Counted from the first letter of the stretch, positions 27,584 through 36,266 are shown. The stretch is DNA of 42,259 bases from Thermodesulfovibrionales bacterium (GCA_022865525.1 JALHSV010000526.1:1-42259), one strand, 5' to 3'. Program-made: numbers and translations. The notes: generated by a model not told the origin, from the letters alone.

Positions 27584-27862
27584 TCAACTGCCTGTTGGTG
27601 GTGTTAAATTTTGTTTTCTGAGAACCTTTATTAGTTCAAAAATAGCAGCATTGCGTTCGATTTCTTGTATGCCACCACCGCCGGGGCCGAATGCGTTTTC
27701 CATAGCCTCTCTGCCGATGTAGCCTCTGGCGAACTTTACTTCATCGGGGTCATTCATATTTATAGTCATAATAGGCTCTGGTTCTTTCTTGGCCTTTTCT
27801 AATTCAATTTTGCATTGATTACAGCCTTCCCCGCAACACCATTTACAACCTTCGTATTTCAT
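27584..27862 (-). CDS. Small Cys-rich protein, 92 aa (MKYEGCKWCCGEGCNQC...)
   Basis: Start moved to the ATG at 27862, preceded by the same AAAGGATTGGGATT leader seen before 27570. Confidence 0.45.
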   Translation of the reverse strand: MKYEGCKWCCGEGCNQCKIELEKAKKEPEPIMTINMNDPDEVKFARGYIGREAMENAFGPGGGGIQEIERNAAIFELIKVLRKQNLTPPTGS

Positions 27863-27914
27863 AATCCCAATCCTTTCACCTGCCCGTTTTGCTCGTTCGT
27901 CCATTCGATTTTGC

Positions 27915-28349
27915 TCATCTTGCCTCCTGCAATTCTTTATACATCTGCTGGTATTTTTCGTATATTTCCTGCATTTCCGCTGCATTGTATTTAAGGTTTG
28001 AATATTTAGCCTGTTTTTCTTCCTCAGTTATGAAGATTCCATACTTATCCTTCATTTCTCGCTCATATTCTACCCAATTCCCCCGAAGAGTCTGGTTGCA
28101 ATTAAAGCATTGAAAATGCACTCCCTTTTCCCTGAATAATAACGCATGAGTCCTGCCCGGGACAAAGTGCCCGGCCTGGCCGCATCCTAATCCAAAGGCG
28201 GAATATGGCTTCTTGCAGGTAAAACATAATGCGCTGGTTTTCGTTCCAGTCGTATTTATAGCATCCCTGATCCTCACATATTTAGAAAATTCATCCCATG
28301 CTTTTTTCTTCCAGTATTTGAGTCCTTTTGTTTTTGCCTTCCGTGCCAT
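27915..28349 (-). CDS. ninG: NinG-like recombination protein
   Basis: Start moved to the ATG at 28349. KKAWDEFSKYVRIRD...CFTC......GCGQAGHF..........NVHFQCFNCN...GN resembles the lambda NinG family. Confidence 0.65.
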   Translation of the reverse strand: MARKAKTKGLKYWKKKAWDEFSKYVRIRDAINTTGTKTSALCFTCKKPYSAFGLGCGQAGHFVPGRTHALLFREKGVHFQCFNCNQTLRGNWVEYEREMKDKYGIFITEEEKQAKYSNLKYNAAEMQEIYEKYQQMYKELQEAR

Positions 28350-28372
28350 TATGCTTTCCTTTCCTAACTCGT

Positions 28373-29044
28373 TTAACTGCCTGTTACGCTCGGTATGCCC
28401 CCTCTGCATCTCGTGCAATAACCTTCATAGGCATAGGTATTGCATATTTTGCAGATAAAGTATTTTCGACCAGCTTGTAATGGCCATAATAAAGCATGTG
28501 CAATTTTGTCAAGTTGTTCACTTGTAAGAATTTTAATTAATGGCCTTTTTTTCTCCGTCAAACCTGACCCGTAAGTCTCTAATAAGCCCCAGAAATCAGG
28601 GAGTTCATCTGGTCCGCAAACACCTTTATTTGCGACGCACCAATGTAAACTACCTATCGGAAAGCGCCGGTTAAGATGTTTTTCCTTGTCATTAAATGTA
28701 CTCAAAAAATCAGACCTGCTCGCTTTGGCCTCAAATATGCAAGCATAATAATTATCAATCTTATCACCCCTGACGATTGTGTCAATTTTTCCCGTCTCTC
28801 GGTTATAGGTACGATTCATAATTGCCGGTTTATATCCCGAGTGCTCAATATACATACTGTTGTAAGTATATTGCAACGAACAGATGGCGACTGCATCCGC
28901 CACATATCCCTGAGATAAACAAACCTCAGTAGTCCCTCTCATCCCCTTACCTGTTACTTTGTTTGATAACCAAGTAAGCGCCATAATAGCCAATTCGTCA
29001 TGTTTATCGCTCATTTGTATAAATCCTTTACTTGCCTTCAACAT
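28373..29044 (-). CDS. PD-(D/E)XK-type nuclease (MmcB-like)
   Basis: GYVADAVAI ... IFEAKASRSDF resembles a D..(D/E)xK core. The start could instead be the ATG at 29014. Confidence 0.5.
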   Translation of the reverse strand: MLKASKGFIQMSDKHDELAIMALTWLSNKVTGKGMRGTTEVCLSQGYVADAVAICSLQYTYNSMYIEHSGYKPAIMNRTYNRETGKIDTIVRGDKIDNYYACIFEAKASRSDFLSTFNDKEKHLNRRFPIGSLHWCVANKGVCGPDELPDFWGLLETYGSGLTEKKRPLIKILTSEQLDKIAHALLWPLQAGRKYFICKICNTYAYEGYCTRCRGGIPSVTGS

Positions 29045-29045
29045 C

Positions 29046-29711
29046 TCATTGATTAGCCAACTTTTTAATTTGCTCGTTTCGCCGATTACTCACATTAACC
29101 CTTGCCGATGGAACGGATTTCATATCAGGCAGCATCTTAGCGGTGTATTGTTTTTCTAAATACTTCTCAAGCCACCGCCTCGTTGTGCTGTCGGGGCCAT
29201 TGAGTATATCGGCAAAAGCCTTATCTCTGGCCTGCTCGCCCCTTAGCCCACTATTCGGCTCTTGCTTTGGTGCGTGAACAATTATCCAAACCCCTCCATA
29301 TAATTCCTGATGTTTGATTTTCATCACTTCCGCACATCTTAAAAGATAATCATAGTCATCCTGCCCTTGTTTATCTGCTGCAAAAACCCCCTTCTTTGCT
29401 CCCTTGAGGTTTAGATTGCGTTCCGGTGCCTCAATACATTCGACAAAAAGATTCGTCTGTATGAGCGGCACATCTTTAACGGCTACCTTTGTCGTGCTTT
29501 TGATAATAGCCATTACCTTACCAGCCGGCGGCTCAATGGTTCGGACTTTACTCTCGAAAAATAAACTTTCCACAGCCTTCCTTGCCTGCTCATAATCATA
29601 ATAAACTAACCGCCTTACCCAACCCTCGAACTCTTCGTCTTTGGGATTCCATCGGGGATAGTACGCCTTCAAGACTTTTTCGATAAATAAATCAGCTTCC
29701 ACGTGAGTCAT
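29046..29711 (-). CDS. Hypothetical replication-module protein, 221 aa
   Basis: ORF overlapping the replisome-organiser stop. No motif recognised. Confidence 0.4.
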   Translation of the reverse strand: MTHVEADLFIEKVLKAYYPRWNPKDEEFEGWVRRLVYYDYEQARKAVESLFFESKVRTIEPPAGKVMAIIKSTTKVAVKDVPLIQTNLFVECIEAPERNLNLKGAKKGVFAADKQGQDDYDYLLRCAEVMKIKHQELYGGVWIIVHAPKQEPNSGLRGEQARDKAFADILNGPDSTTRRWLEKYLEKQYTAKMLPDMKSVPSARVNVSNRRNEQIKKLANQ

Positions 29712-30438
29712 TTGATTCTCTCCTGAGTCGGGCGCCTTGTTCCATTGCAGTTTCTTTTGTGTTCCCGCTTCTGGTCTTGCCCTCTTTCAAATCTTTCCGA
29801 TGCCATGCCCGGATTGTGAAGTAGTGAGATTTAGGCCGCTTGCCTTTCGATCCCATCCAATTATTCAAGTCCTCGATGTAAGTGTTCATCAGATCTTCGC
29901 CCATCAGGTCGGTTAGCTTTTGGATTTCCTCTTTGGTTAGATATACAAATTCGAGAAATTTGATTTTTTCGTCTTCTTTACTTATACCTTTACCTTTACC
30001 TTTACCTTTACCTATACCTATACTTAAGGGGCTTATAAGCCCCTTGGTAGCTCCTTTTTCTGAATCTTTTAATAATTGGTTTTCTGTTTCTTCTAAAACA
30101 TTAGGGAATATGGACTTAAACTCATCGATGACTTTGAGAATACCCCTATGCGAAGGGTTATTTTCGTTCAAAGGCAAGTTTCGTTGGTGATATAAGAATT
30201 TTCGTATCCAAACGTAGTCGCCATTAGCCAAAAAGCCCCTTGCAAGCTCCTTGTAAGCTCCTTCTATGCCCCTTTGGGGAATCTTTGTGTGGAACAAAGC
30301 CCCTTCTAAATCTACCTCCCAGAAGCCTGCGATATTGCACTTATCCCAGATGTACCAATAAAGAACCTTGGCGTTTGGTGAAAGTTGGCGAAACCATTTA
30401 TCATCCCATTTTTCCGTCTGAGTAAACCTACTTGCCAT
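29692..30438 (-). CDS. Replisome-organiser/DnaD-like replication initiation protein
   Basis: Start moved to the ATG at 30438. MASRFTQTEKWDDKWFRQLSPNAKVLYWYIWDKCNIAGFWEV is typical of phage replisome-organiser N-termini. Central (GK)n linker. Confidence 0.55.
   Translation of the reverse strand: MASRFTQTEKWDDKWFRQLSPNAKVLYWYIWDKCNIAGFWEVDLEGALFHTKIPQRGIEGAYKELARGFLANGDYVWIRKFLYHQRNLPLNENNPSHRGILKVIDEFKSIFPNVLEETENQLLKDSEKGATKGLISPLSIGIGKGKGKGKGISKEDEKIKFLEFVYLTKEEIQKLTDLMGEDLMNTYIEDLNNWMGSKGKRPKSHYFTIRAWHRKDLKEGKTRSGNTKETAMEQGARLRRESNDSRGS
29984..30045. repeat. Tandem hexamer (ACCTTT/ACCTAT x6-7) followed by a perfect 20-bp palindrome AAGGGGCTTATAAGCCCCTT (30026-30045)
   Basis: Read directly from the sequence. 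It lies inside the replisome-organiser gene. Confidence 0.85.
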
Positions 30439-30605
30439 AATCTCATCCCTGAAATAGAAAAAAGCCCCTAAACGGCTGACCACAAACACTACAGAGTAGG
30501 CTTGAACCGCTTTCGGGGCCTGTTGAAGCTAATAGAATATCCTATAATGTTTATGGTCATACCGCCACCATAACCCATCTCTCGTATAATGCAACACTTA
30601 AATAA

Positions 30606-30788
30606 TTATTTATTTTCCGCCTGCCAATTCTTGTGGCGCTCCTGGACTTTCTGGATTAGCCGATCCTCTGCCTCTACCGATAGATTGTTAGCCGTATGCG
30701 CTTCCAGCGAATAGGCCGCAGTAGCCGAGCCTAACGCACAACCCGATACAATCAGGCTTAAACATAGACAAATTAGAATAGTTTTCAT
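30606..30788 (-). CDS. Small lipoprotein, 60 aa
   Basis: MKTILICLCLSLIVSGC (lipobox VSGC). Confidence 0.55.
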   Translation of the reverse strand: MKTILICLCLSLIVSGCALGSATAAYSLEAHTANNLSVEAEDRLIQKVQERHKNWQAENK

Positions 30789-30823
30789 TTCATTCTCCTT
30801 ATTTAGGTTTCATTTTATCCATC

Positions 30824-31039
30824 TCACTTTTTACCCCACTTAAACCACCCTTCGATAGCCAGAATAAAGAATATCACATCTCTAACGAGGAGGCTGTAAA
30901 TGCCCAAGTAAGCGTGTATCCCCGCCGTTAGCGCATTACTTACCATCCAAAGCAGGAAACACACCCTGAGCTTCCTATTGTTCGTCAGGACGCCAGCCAC
31001 GGCAAGGGCCGTTGTTACTATTCCGATTATTTCTATCAT
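30824..31039 (-). CDS. Small 3-TM membrane protein (PnuC-fragment-like), 71 aa
   Basis: Three hydrophobic helices, ending in GWFKWGKK. Confidence 0.45.
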   Translation of the reverse strand: MIEIIGIVTTALAVAGVLTNNRKLRVCFLLWMVSNALTAGIHAYLGIYSLLVRDVIFFILAIEGWFKWGKK

Positions 31040-31147
31040 TCAAGTCCCTTAAAAAAGCGGACAGCCGGGGTGAAAAAGATACGAAAGCCCGGCCGCCGTC
31101 CTTCTTTAGCTTAAACAGATTCATTCTTTGCCTTCCCGCCCGTTGGT

Positions 31148-31291
31148 TTATTCATCAGTAGAAAACGTTATAGGTATTCGAGCCTCAACTATTAACTCTT
31201 CTATCTCCCCTCGGTCAAAATCCGCCCGAGGGTCTCCCTCTATCGTATCTAATAATTCACACAATCTTTCTATCAAATCTTCCTTTATCAT
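31148..31291 (-). CDS. Small acidic hypothetical protein, 47 aa (absent from the ORF track)
   Basis: TAGGAG RBS. Hand translation gives MIKEDLIERLCELLDTIEGDPRADFDRGEIEELIVEARIPITFSTDE. Confidence 0.35.
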   Translation of the reverse strand: MIKEDLIERLCELLDTIEGDPRADFDRGEIEELIVEARIPITFSTDE

Positions 31292-31437
31292 TTTGCTCCT
31301 AAAAATATAAAGGCGGTGGAAATCCGTAATTTACTGTTTCACTTTACTGGTCAATTAAAGTCTCTTTTTCGATGAGGTTAATCTTCAGTTTGGCCTATCC
31401 CTGCCTATCGACCACCGCCCGTTGTTCCCGTACTCAG

Positions 31438-31737
31438 CTATTTCGGGTATATAGATTTGCCGCCATCATACGCTTGGATGGCCTTACCCATTCTCATTCG
31501 GGCATCTTCAAGATGCCGATAGCAGAGCATAACATTTGCCTTCATTTCGCCATGCTGATTCTTACTGGTCTGCTCATTCCTAAAGTCAGGGTGTTCCATA
31601 AGAGACATTACAAATCTTTTGTTATTTTCGAGTATTGCCCTCATAGATTGGCAATTCTCTTTGAAATTCTTGAGATATTCTGGTGATTCTCTTGTTTCGA
31701 TTCTTCCTTGTTCTTCATTTCTTTCGTCCATCTTCAT
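31438..31737 (-). CDS. Hypothetical protein, 99 aa
   Basis: Start moved to the ATG at 31737 (AAGGAG RBS; ATGA overlap with the upstream stop). Confidence 0.45.
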   Translation of the reverse strand: MKMDERNEEQGRIETRESPEYLKNFKENCQSMRAILENNKRFVMSLMEHPDFRNEQTSKNQHGEMKANVMLCYRHLEDARMRMGKAIQAYDGGKSIYPK

Positions 31738-32063
31738 TTCTCCTTTGTATTTATATTGTCGGCTAATTTCTGGGCTATCCACGCCGAGTCCGTCAGGCCG
31801 CCCTTGAGAGTCGCACAGCTCGATACCCAGACGATAATCAGCAGCAGGGCTATCGCAGCCATAACCGTCAATCTGGCCTTGCCGTACATGGGCTTTTTCT
31901 CTCTCTTCTCCATCTGGTCGTTGGCGATTTCGTGGTCGCAATTCTCAATTAGGCACTCCAAACAAGCCGCGTCAATCTTAACGTCCTCGATAATTTGCCG
32001 TGCCTTTGTTAATTCCTGCATCGCCTGTTGTTTTGTCATTTTCCAGTATTCTAAGTTGTTCAT
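31734..32063 (-). CDS. Membrane-anchored hypothetical protein, 109 aa
   Basis: Start moved to the ATG at 32063 (GAGGAA RBS). TM segment LTVMAAIALLLIIVWVSSC. Confidence 0.45.
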   Translation of the reverse strand: MNNLEYWKMTKQQAMQELTKARQIIEDVKIDAACLECLIENCDHEIANDQMEKREKKPMYGKARLTVMAAIALLLIIVWVSSCATLKGGLTDSAWIAQKLADNINTKEK

Positions 32064-32091
32064 AATCGTTTCCTCTCTAAATATTTCCACT

Positions 32092-32520
32092 TTATTTGTT
32101 CACCCTACGGTTCTTCATGTTTTCTGCGTGTGTTATAAATCGGATATTCCCTCTTTCATAATGGCCATTTGTATCTACACGGTCAATATCAAGCCCCCTT
32201 GTCTCTGTTTTTAGTTCATTCAATATATGGGTTAGAAAATCCTCAAAAGAATCGAAATTGACCTTTATGCCTCTTTCGCCATAGTATTTATAATCTTTTC
32301 GCCTGGGATTACTGCATCGCTGTAGCATCTGCTTCCAAATAACACGCAAACGACCTTTAATGCTTTTGCTCTGCTCTTTATACATTTTATTTACAACTTC
32401 TCTCTTACACGTTTTACATTGCCGTGTCATTCCATCTATGCGACTCCGGTCTCTGTAAAAATACTCCACTGTTGCAGGATACGGCTTTTTACATTTTCCA
32501 CATCTTTTGTTATCTTGCAT
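32092..32520 (-). CDS. HNH-family homing endonuclease, 142 aa
   Basis: CGKCKK...CKTCK Zn motif; W..M..RC.NP....YKYYGERGI.V; LDIDRVDTNGHYERGNIRFITHAENMKN. Confidence 0.7.
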   Translation of the reverse strand: MQDNKRCGKCKKPYPATVEYFYRDRSRIDGMTRQCKTCKREVVNKMYKEQSKSIKGRLRVIWKQMLQRCSNPRRKDYKYYGERGIKVNFDSFEDFLTHILNELKTETRGLDIDRVDTNGHYERGNIRFITHAENMKNRRVNK

Positions 32521-32545
32521 ATTCCTTCCCTTTCCCCTCGCTGGG

Positions 32546-32836
32546 TTAGCATTCAGTTACAATAATTATCCGTTTTTCCTCTGGTATCAATTCCATTATC
32601 TCTTGTAATGTCGGAGGTTCTGCTTCGCCAATCAATTCCTTCTCTAAGCCTTCGCGATTCAAGCCAAATTCGTGAGTATAAACAGGTCTGCCCAATGCTT
32701 CTTCAATAGCTTGATGGAATACACCAAACGGCATACAGAGCTTATCTTCAAATAGTTGGAATTTGGCAATTTCCTCTGATGTTAGGTGTTCCCAAAATCC
32801 TGATCCCGCCAATGTTATTGCTTCTTCTTTGGTCAT
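32546..32836 (-). CDS. Hypothetical protein, 96 aa
   Basis: ORF with the RBS-like sequence GGGAAG upstream. Confidence 0.45.
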   Translation of the reverse strand: MTKEEAITLAGSGFWEHLTSEEIAKFQLFEDKLCMPFGVFHQAIEEALGRPVYTHEFGLNREGLEKELIGEAEPPTLQEIMELIPEEKRIIIVTEC

Positions 32837-32876
32837 AATACTTCCCTATCGTCTTAAACTGTTACCTACTTTAGTT

Positions 32877-32901
32877 AAAAAAATGCTCGTTCTCTCCGAG
32901 C
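32877..32901 (-). terminator. Candidate rho-independent terminator downstream of the tRNA-like RNA
   Basis: Minus strand: GCUCG-gagagaa-CGAGC followed by AUUUUUUU. Confidence 0.5.
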
Positions 32902-33006
32902 TGTCGCGCCTTGTGACCCCGCGTACGGGACTGGCTGCGATATTCGACATAGATAGATTTCACCAGCATACTCTCTACCCTCATTTTTTAACGTCGTTAA
33001 TCGCAA

Positions 33007-33117
33007 CGGCCGAGGCAGGAGTCGAACCTACTGGTGACACCCTACGATTTCAGTCGCCCAGACAAGCAGTACACCTTGGCTTGCTTTAGGGCTGCGTTTC
33101 CCACACGCCGCTCGGCC
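33007..33117 (-). ncRNA. Non-canonical tRNA-like RNA (~110 nt): acceptor, D and T arms present, with an oversized central domain
   Basis: Acceptor GGCCGAG/CUCGGCC (7 bp); D arm GCGU-GUGGGAA-ACGC; T arm GUAGG-UUCGACU-CCUGC; discriminator G. There are 61 nt between the D and T arms and no clean 7-nt anticodon loop. Confidence 0.5.
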
Positions 33118-33486
33118 GTAATTGGGGCAGGCTATGAAAAATTAGCGGATTTTAAGGAGGAGGCCCGCCCCAGTGGTTCAAAAAGGCAGGTGTGGCAGTT
33201 GACCCTTCAAACAGGTTGCCGGTCGCAAGTAAGCTATGTTTGAAGTAGGCTACTCACCTGATTTTATTCGCGATTATTATTCAGGCCGCTTTCTCTGCGC
33301 CGAGCAACTACACACCTGCTTTAGTTTGAAGACTGGCGGGCAGTTTATGTCTCGGTTCAATCTTTTAGCCTTCTGTCTTGCAAAAACATAGAGCGCCCGG
33401 TCAAGATGGCCGAGACTACCTCGCCGGTTTTCTGGATACTGCCGCCGCCAGTCCGATATTCAATCTTTTCAAAGAGCGGTACTGCC

Positions 33487-33984
33487 TTACTTCTTGAGTC
33501 CGGCTTCCATACGCCGGAGGTTGAGAATGAAGTCGGAAAGATTCTCGCGAGACACAAGAATATAGTTACAAGCGTCGTCGTTTTCGTATATATGCAGAAA
33601 CTTGCCGTCTCCACTCCAACTTGCCGAATTACATTCCATCTCAAACTCTTTTATCGGCTTGCCAAGGGCTTCGAGGTCGTCGAAGATGTTGCCTTTTATG
33701 GGTTCGCCTTGATAGGTTGAGCCTATGTTGGTAATAATAAAGTCATTGAGGGCTACGCAGTCTCGGTTTGGGTTATTGTATTCTTTCATAAAAATCTTAA
33801 CTTTCTTGCCATCAAGCCACCAGTCCCCATGCTCTAATGGCTTCGGCTTCTCAGACTCGGCGAGTCGAGATTGAAGACCTGTTCGTAATGATTCCATTAT
33901 TTTTATACTGGCTTTTTGGTCTTCTATTAAATTAGTTGCGGTATTTATACATTCTTTCATTATTTCCAGTTCTTTATTGTCCAT
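33487..33984 (-). CDS. Hypothetical protein, 165 aa
   Basis: Start moved to the ATG at 33984 (AAAGGAAA RBS). Confidence 0.45.
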   Translation of the reverse strand: MDNKELEIMKECINTATNLIEDQKASIKIMESLRTGLQSRLAESEKPKPLEHGDWWLDGKKVKIFMKEYNNPNRDCVALNDFIITNIGSTYQGEPIKGNIFDDLEALGKPIKEFEMECNSASWSGDGKFLHIYENDDACNYILVSRENLSDFILNLRRMEAGLKK

Positions 33985-34175
33985 TCTATTTCCTTTCTTT
34001 AGTCTGAGATAAAAACCGAAGACCGGCTGAGACACGCTTCTGAGGAGGAGAACGTACCGGCCTCCGGTAGTTGTTCTAAGTTGGATAGTTTTGCATGTCT
34101 CATTTGCGTCCTCTATTTACTTGTCTTAATCTTCTTAAATCGTAACAAACATATCGGTTTTTGCAACATAAATCT

Positions 34176-34274
34176 TTAGCCTGTTGAAGCGACCATTTTA
34201 GAAGGGTACAGGTCGGCATTCAGGTCGGCTATTTGCTTGTCATATTTCTGTATTAAGTCGTCTATGTGACTCAT
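34176..34274 (-). CDS. Tiny hypothetical protein, 32 aa (absent from the ORF track)
   Basis: AAGGAG RBS; the ATG overlaps the upstream TGA. Translation MSHIDDLIQKYDKQIADLNADLYPSKMVASTG. Confidence 0.35.
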   Translation of the reverse strand: MSHIDDLIQKYDKQIADLNADLYPSKMVASTG

Positions 34275-34741
34275 TTTAGTGACTCCTTTGGCTTATCCCA
34301 ATTCGGGTCCGGTTCACTTATATAAACTCCCCACTGCGAAGCCATAAAGTTGCGAATTGCCGTAAAGAAGTCGGCTGCGCATTTAGTCGTGCAGTCCTTG
34401 TGCGATAGTGTGATGCGTTTGCCGTCTTCACTATAAATAGGACAGACAGAGTATAGGTACTCCTTCATCATTCCTTTGCTTATAGGGTTGCCTGTAGGTA
34501 TTGAGAGTCCGAGTAGTTCATCAGTACCTATACCCCTGTCCTCAAAGTCGTCAAGTATCGTCTGTATCGCAAGGCCGAATATCGTCCTTACCTGCTTGTG
34601 GGTCTTGCTCTTCCTTATCGGCTTTATCTCTTCGGAAATCTGCGTATTGTCTTTCAATTCGCACAAGTATCGCCTTCTGAGCGTACTTTGCGATACGCTT
34701 AACGTCAACTTCCCTTGCTGCATAACGCCAACAAACTCCAT
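34271..34741 (-). CDS. Hypothetical protein (weak NinB/Orf-like resemblance), 156 aa
   Basis: KSKTHKQVRTIFGLAIQTI loosely resembles the RSxxQNxxxW motif of NinB-type proteins. Unverified. Confidence 0.3.
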   Translation of the reverse strand: MEFVGVMQQGKLTLSVSQSTLRRRYLCELKDNTQISEEIKPIRKSKTHKQVRTIFGLAIQTILDDFEDRGIGTDELLGLSIPTGNPISKGMMKEYLYSVCPIYSEDGKRITLSHKDCTTKCAADFFTAIRNFMASQWGVYISEPDPNWDKPKESLK

Positions 34742-34753
34742 CGTTGTAATCTC

Positions 34754-35452
34754 CTAACGGATAAACTGCTCTGTAGGGCAAGTGCAATCGACCCTCAACT
34801 GCTGACAGCTTGTGCATACGTCATACGCTTGCGGTTCTTCTACTTGTGCGTTGCCGCTCTTTATCCACATTGAAAGCATATCGCTTAGCTGTAAGAGTTT
34901 GCTATCAATGCCGCTTTCGTCTGGAATTTGCCACTTCGCCATTAACATCGCCGCCACGACCCTGCTTGCCGCTTCGACGGCCACGCTCCTTGACATACGC
35001 TCTTGTGTCTCAGGTGTTACCGGGAAGGCGTAAACGTCTGGATACCTCATACCATTCCGACCGTCCGGTACTATCGACCGTGCTACGGGGTTTACTGGCG
35101 TTTGAGCGGTGCGTTGAGGGGCTTGCGCGATAACGGGGGCTTCCATCTCCCAGAAGCCGCCGTAATAAACGTTATTGGCCCACTTTCCACTTCCCCTCCG
35201 TGCAGACAGGTTGAATGTCAGACATTTTTTGAGGTTAATTTCGGCCAATGCCGTACCGTTCCGACCTTCCCAGATTTTGACCTTTTGCTGTTCCTGTCCG
35301 TCCGAAAGGCTGCACTCCTGATAACGATTGCCTTTCTGGTTGTGTAGTATCGGGCCGATTTCTTCTACTTTTAGGTCTATTTCGTGATTTTGCTCTAAAT
35401 TCAGGGCTAAGTCTCCGAAATTAGCGGCCTTCCGTAATGCTTGTTCTGTCAT
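34754..35452 (-). CDS. Hypothetical protein (possible OB-fold DNA-binding), 232 aa
   Basis: ORF in the recombination/replication neighbourhood. No firm motif. Confidence 0.35.
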   Translation of the reverse strand: MTEQALRKAANFGDLALNLEQNHEIDLKVEEIGPILHNQKGNRYQECSLSDGQEQQKVKIWEGRNGTALAEINLKKCLTFNLSARRGSGKWANNVYYGGFWEMEAPVIAQAPQRTAQTPVNPVARSIVPDGRNGMRYPDVYAFPVTPETQERMSRSVAVEAASRVVAAMLMAKWQIPDESGIDSKLLQLSDMLSMWIKSGNAQVEEPQAYDVCTSCQQLRVDCTCPTEQFIR

Positions 35453-35615
35453 TTTCTACTCCTTGTTCAATTTCTTGTTTTGCCTGCATTATTTGTTTCC
35501 TTCGATTACGGACGGCATACTGCTTCGAGCGAAAGTATTCGTCCATCTGTATATCCACAGCCTGGGCAGGGCTCAGAGCGTGGAGTTCGGCTAATTGTAG
35601 TGGTGAGGGTTTCAT
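35421..35615 (-). CDS. Hypothetical protein, 64 aa
   Basis: ORF with ATGA-type coupling. Confidence 0.4.
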   Translation of the reverse strand: MKPSPLQLAELHALSPAQAVDIQMDEYFRSKQYAVRNRRKQIMQAKQEIEQGVENDRTSITEGR

Positions 35616-35818
35616 TCATTCTCCTTACAACCTGCACATATACTCTGCCCGTCTTTATCCTTGCATATCAGGAAGTTAAATAAATGACATACCGGGCAGT
35701 ATGCACCGACCATAACGGGGAGGTTATACTTTGCTCGTATGCGGGCATCATCCTGTTGGCCGATACGGTTCGCTTCATCATTTCTGCTTTCGCCTACTCG
35801 GTTCATAAACACCTCCAC
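35612..35818 (-). CDS. Small zinc-ribbon protein, 68 aa
   Basis: CPVCH...CAGC motif. Confidence 0.4.
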   Translation of the reverse strand: MEVFMNRVGESRNDEANRIGQQDDARIRAKYNLPVMVGAYCPVCHLFNFLICKDKDGQSICAGCKENE

Positions 35819-35888
35819 AGGAACAGAATCAACAGTAAAACACCCGCTTCTGTTATCAGTAAGTATGCGATGAATCCCTTTAGATTAG

Positions 35889-36266
35889 TCATTTCACCCC
35901 CTGATGTATGTTGCCGATTACTTCAACAAATATTGAAGAAAATAGCCTGAAGCCATAGCTTACTTCTTCTTTAGTAGTGGGCGTTTCTATGACTTTTCCA
36001 TCTTTGAAAGAGATATTGTACCATTGCACCCTATCCCCCTCATAAATCTCCACGCCGTTCTTGTCCTTCAGGCCGGTGTACTCCTCAAATATAAATCTGC
36101 CTTGTTCTGGTTCATCGCTATTTATCTGGCTCGGACGTTGCGTTTTATTAAAACCGATATAATCAACAAACGCATAGAATATTTTGCAATAATGGTCACA
36201 TTCCGAAAGCATACCCATTTCTTTGCACAAATTATCCCAAACTCTAAATTTTATCTCTCTACTCAT
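35889..36266 (-). CDS. YopX-family protein
   Basis: IKFRVWD...; EEYTGLKDKNGVEIYEGD; EVIGNIHQ. These are the classic YopX motifs. Confidence 0.75.
   Translation of the reverse strand: MSREIKFRVWDNLCKEMGMLSECDHYCKIFYAFVDYIGFNKTQRPSQINSDEPEQGRFIFEEYTGLKDKNGVEIYEGDRVQWYNISFKDGKVIETPTTKEEVSYGFRLFSSIFVEVIGNIHQGVK

Noticed and set aside
30490-30605. Possible promoters in the gap upstream of the replisome-organiser gene (TTGCAT..TATGGT on minus; TATAAT boxes on plus)
   Set aside because: Several weak, mutually exclusive matches with non-optimal spacing. I cannot choose among them from sequence alone.
33007-33060. attP core derived from a host tRNA 3' end
   Set aside because: No integrase or recombinase is recognisable anywhere in the genome. 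Complete acceptor, D and T arms are present, not just a 3' fragment.
33007-33117. tmRNA (ssrA) interpretation of the tRNA-like element
   Set aside because: The acceptor stem has C3-G70 rather than the G3-U70 alanine identity pair. The matching 5' strand is only 110 nt upstream. I found no tag-like reading frame ending in ..LAA in the 650-bp region.
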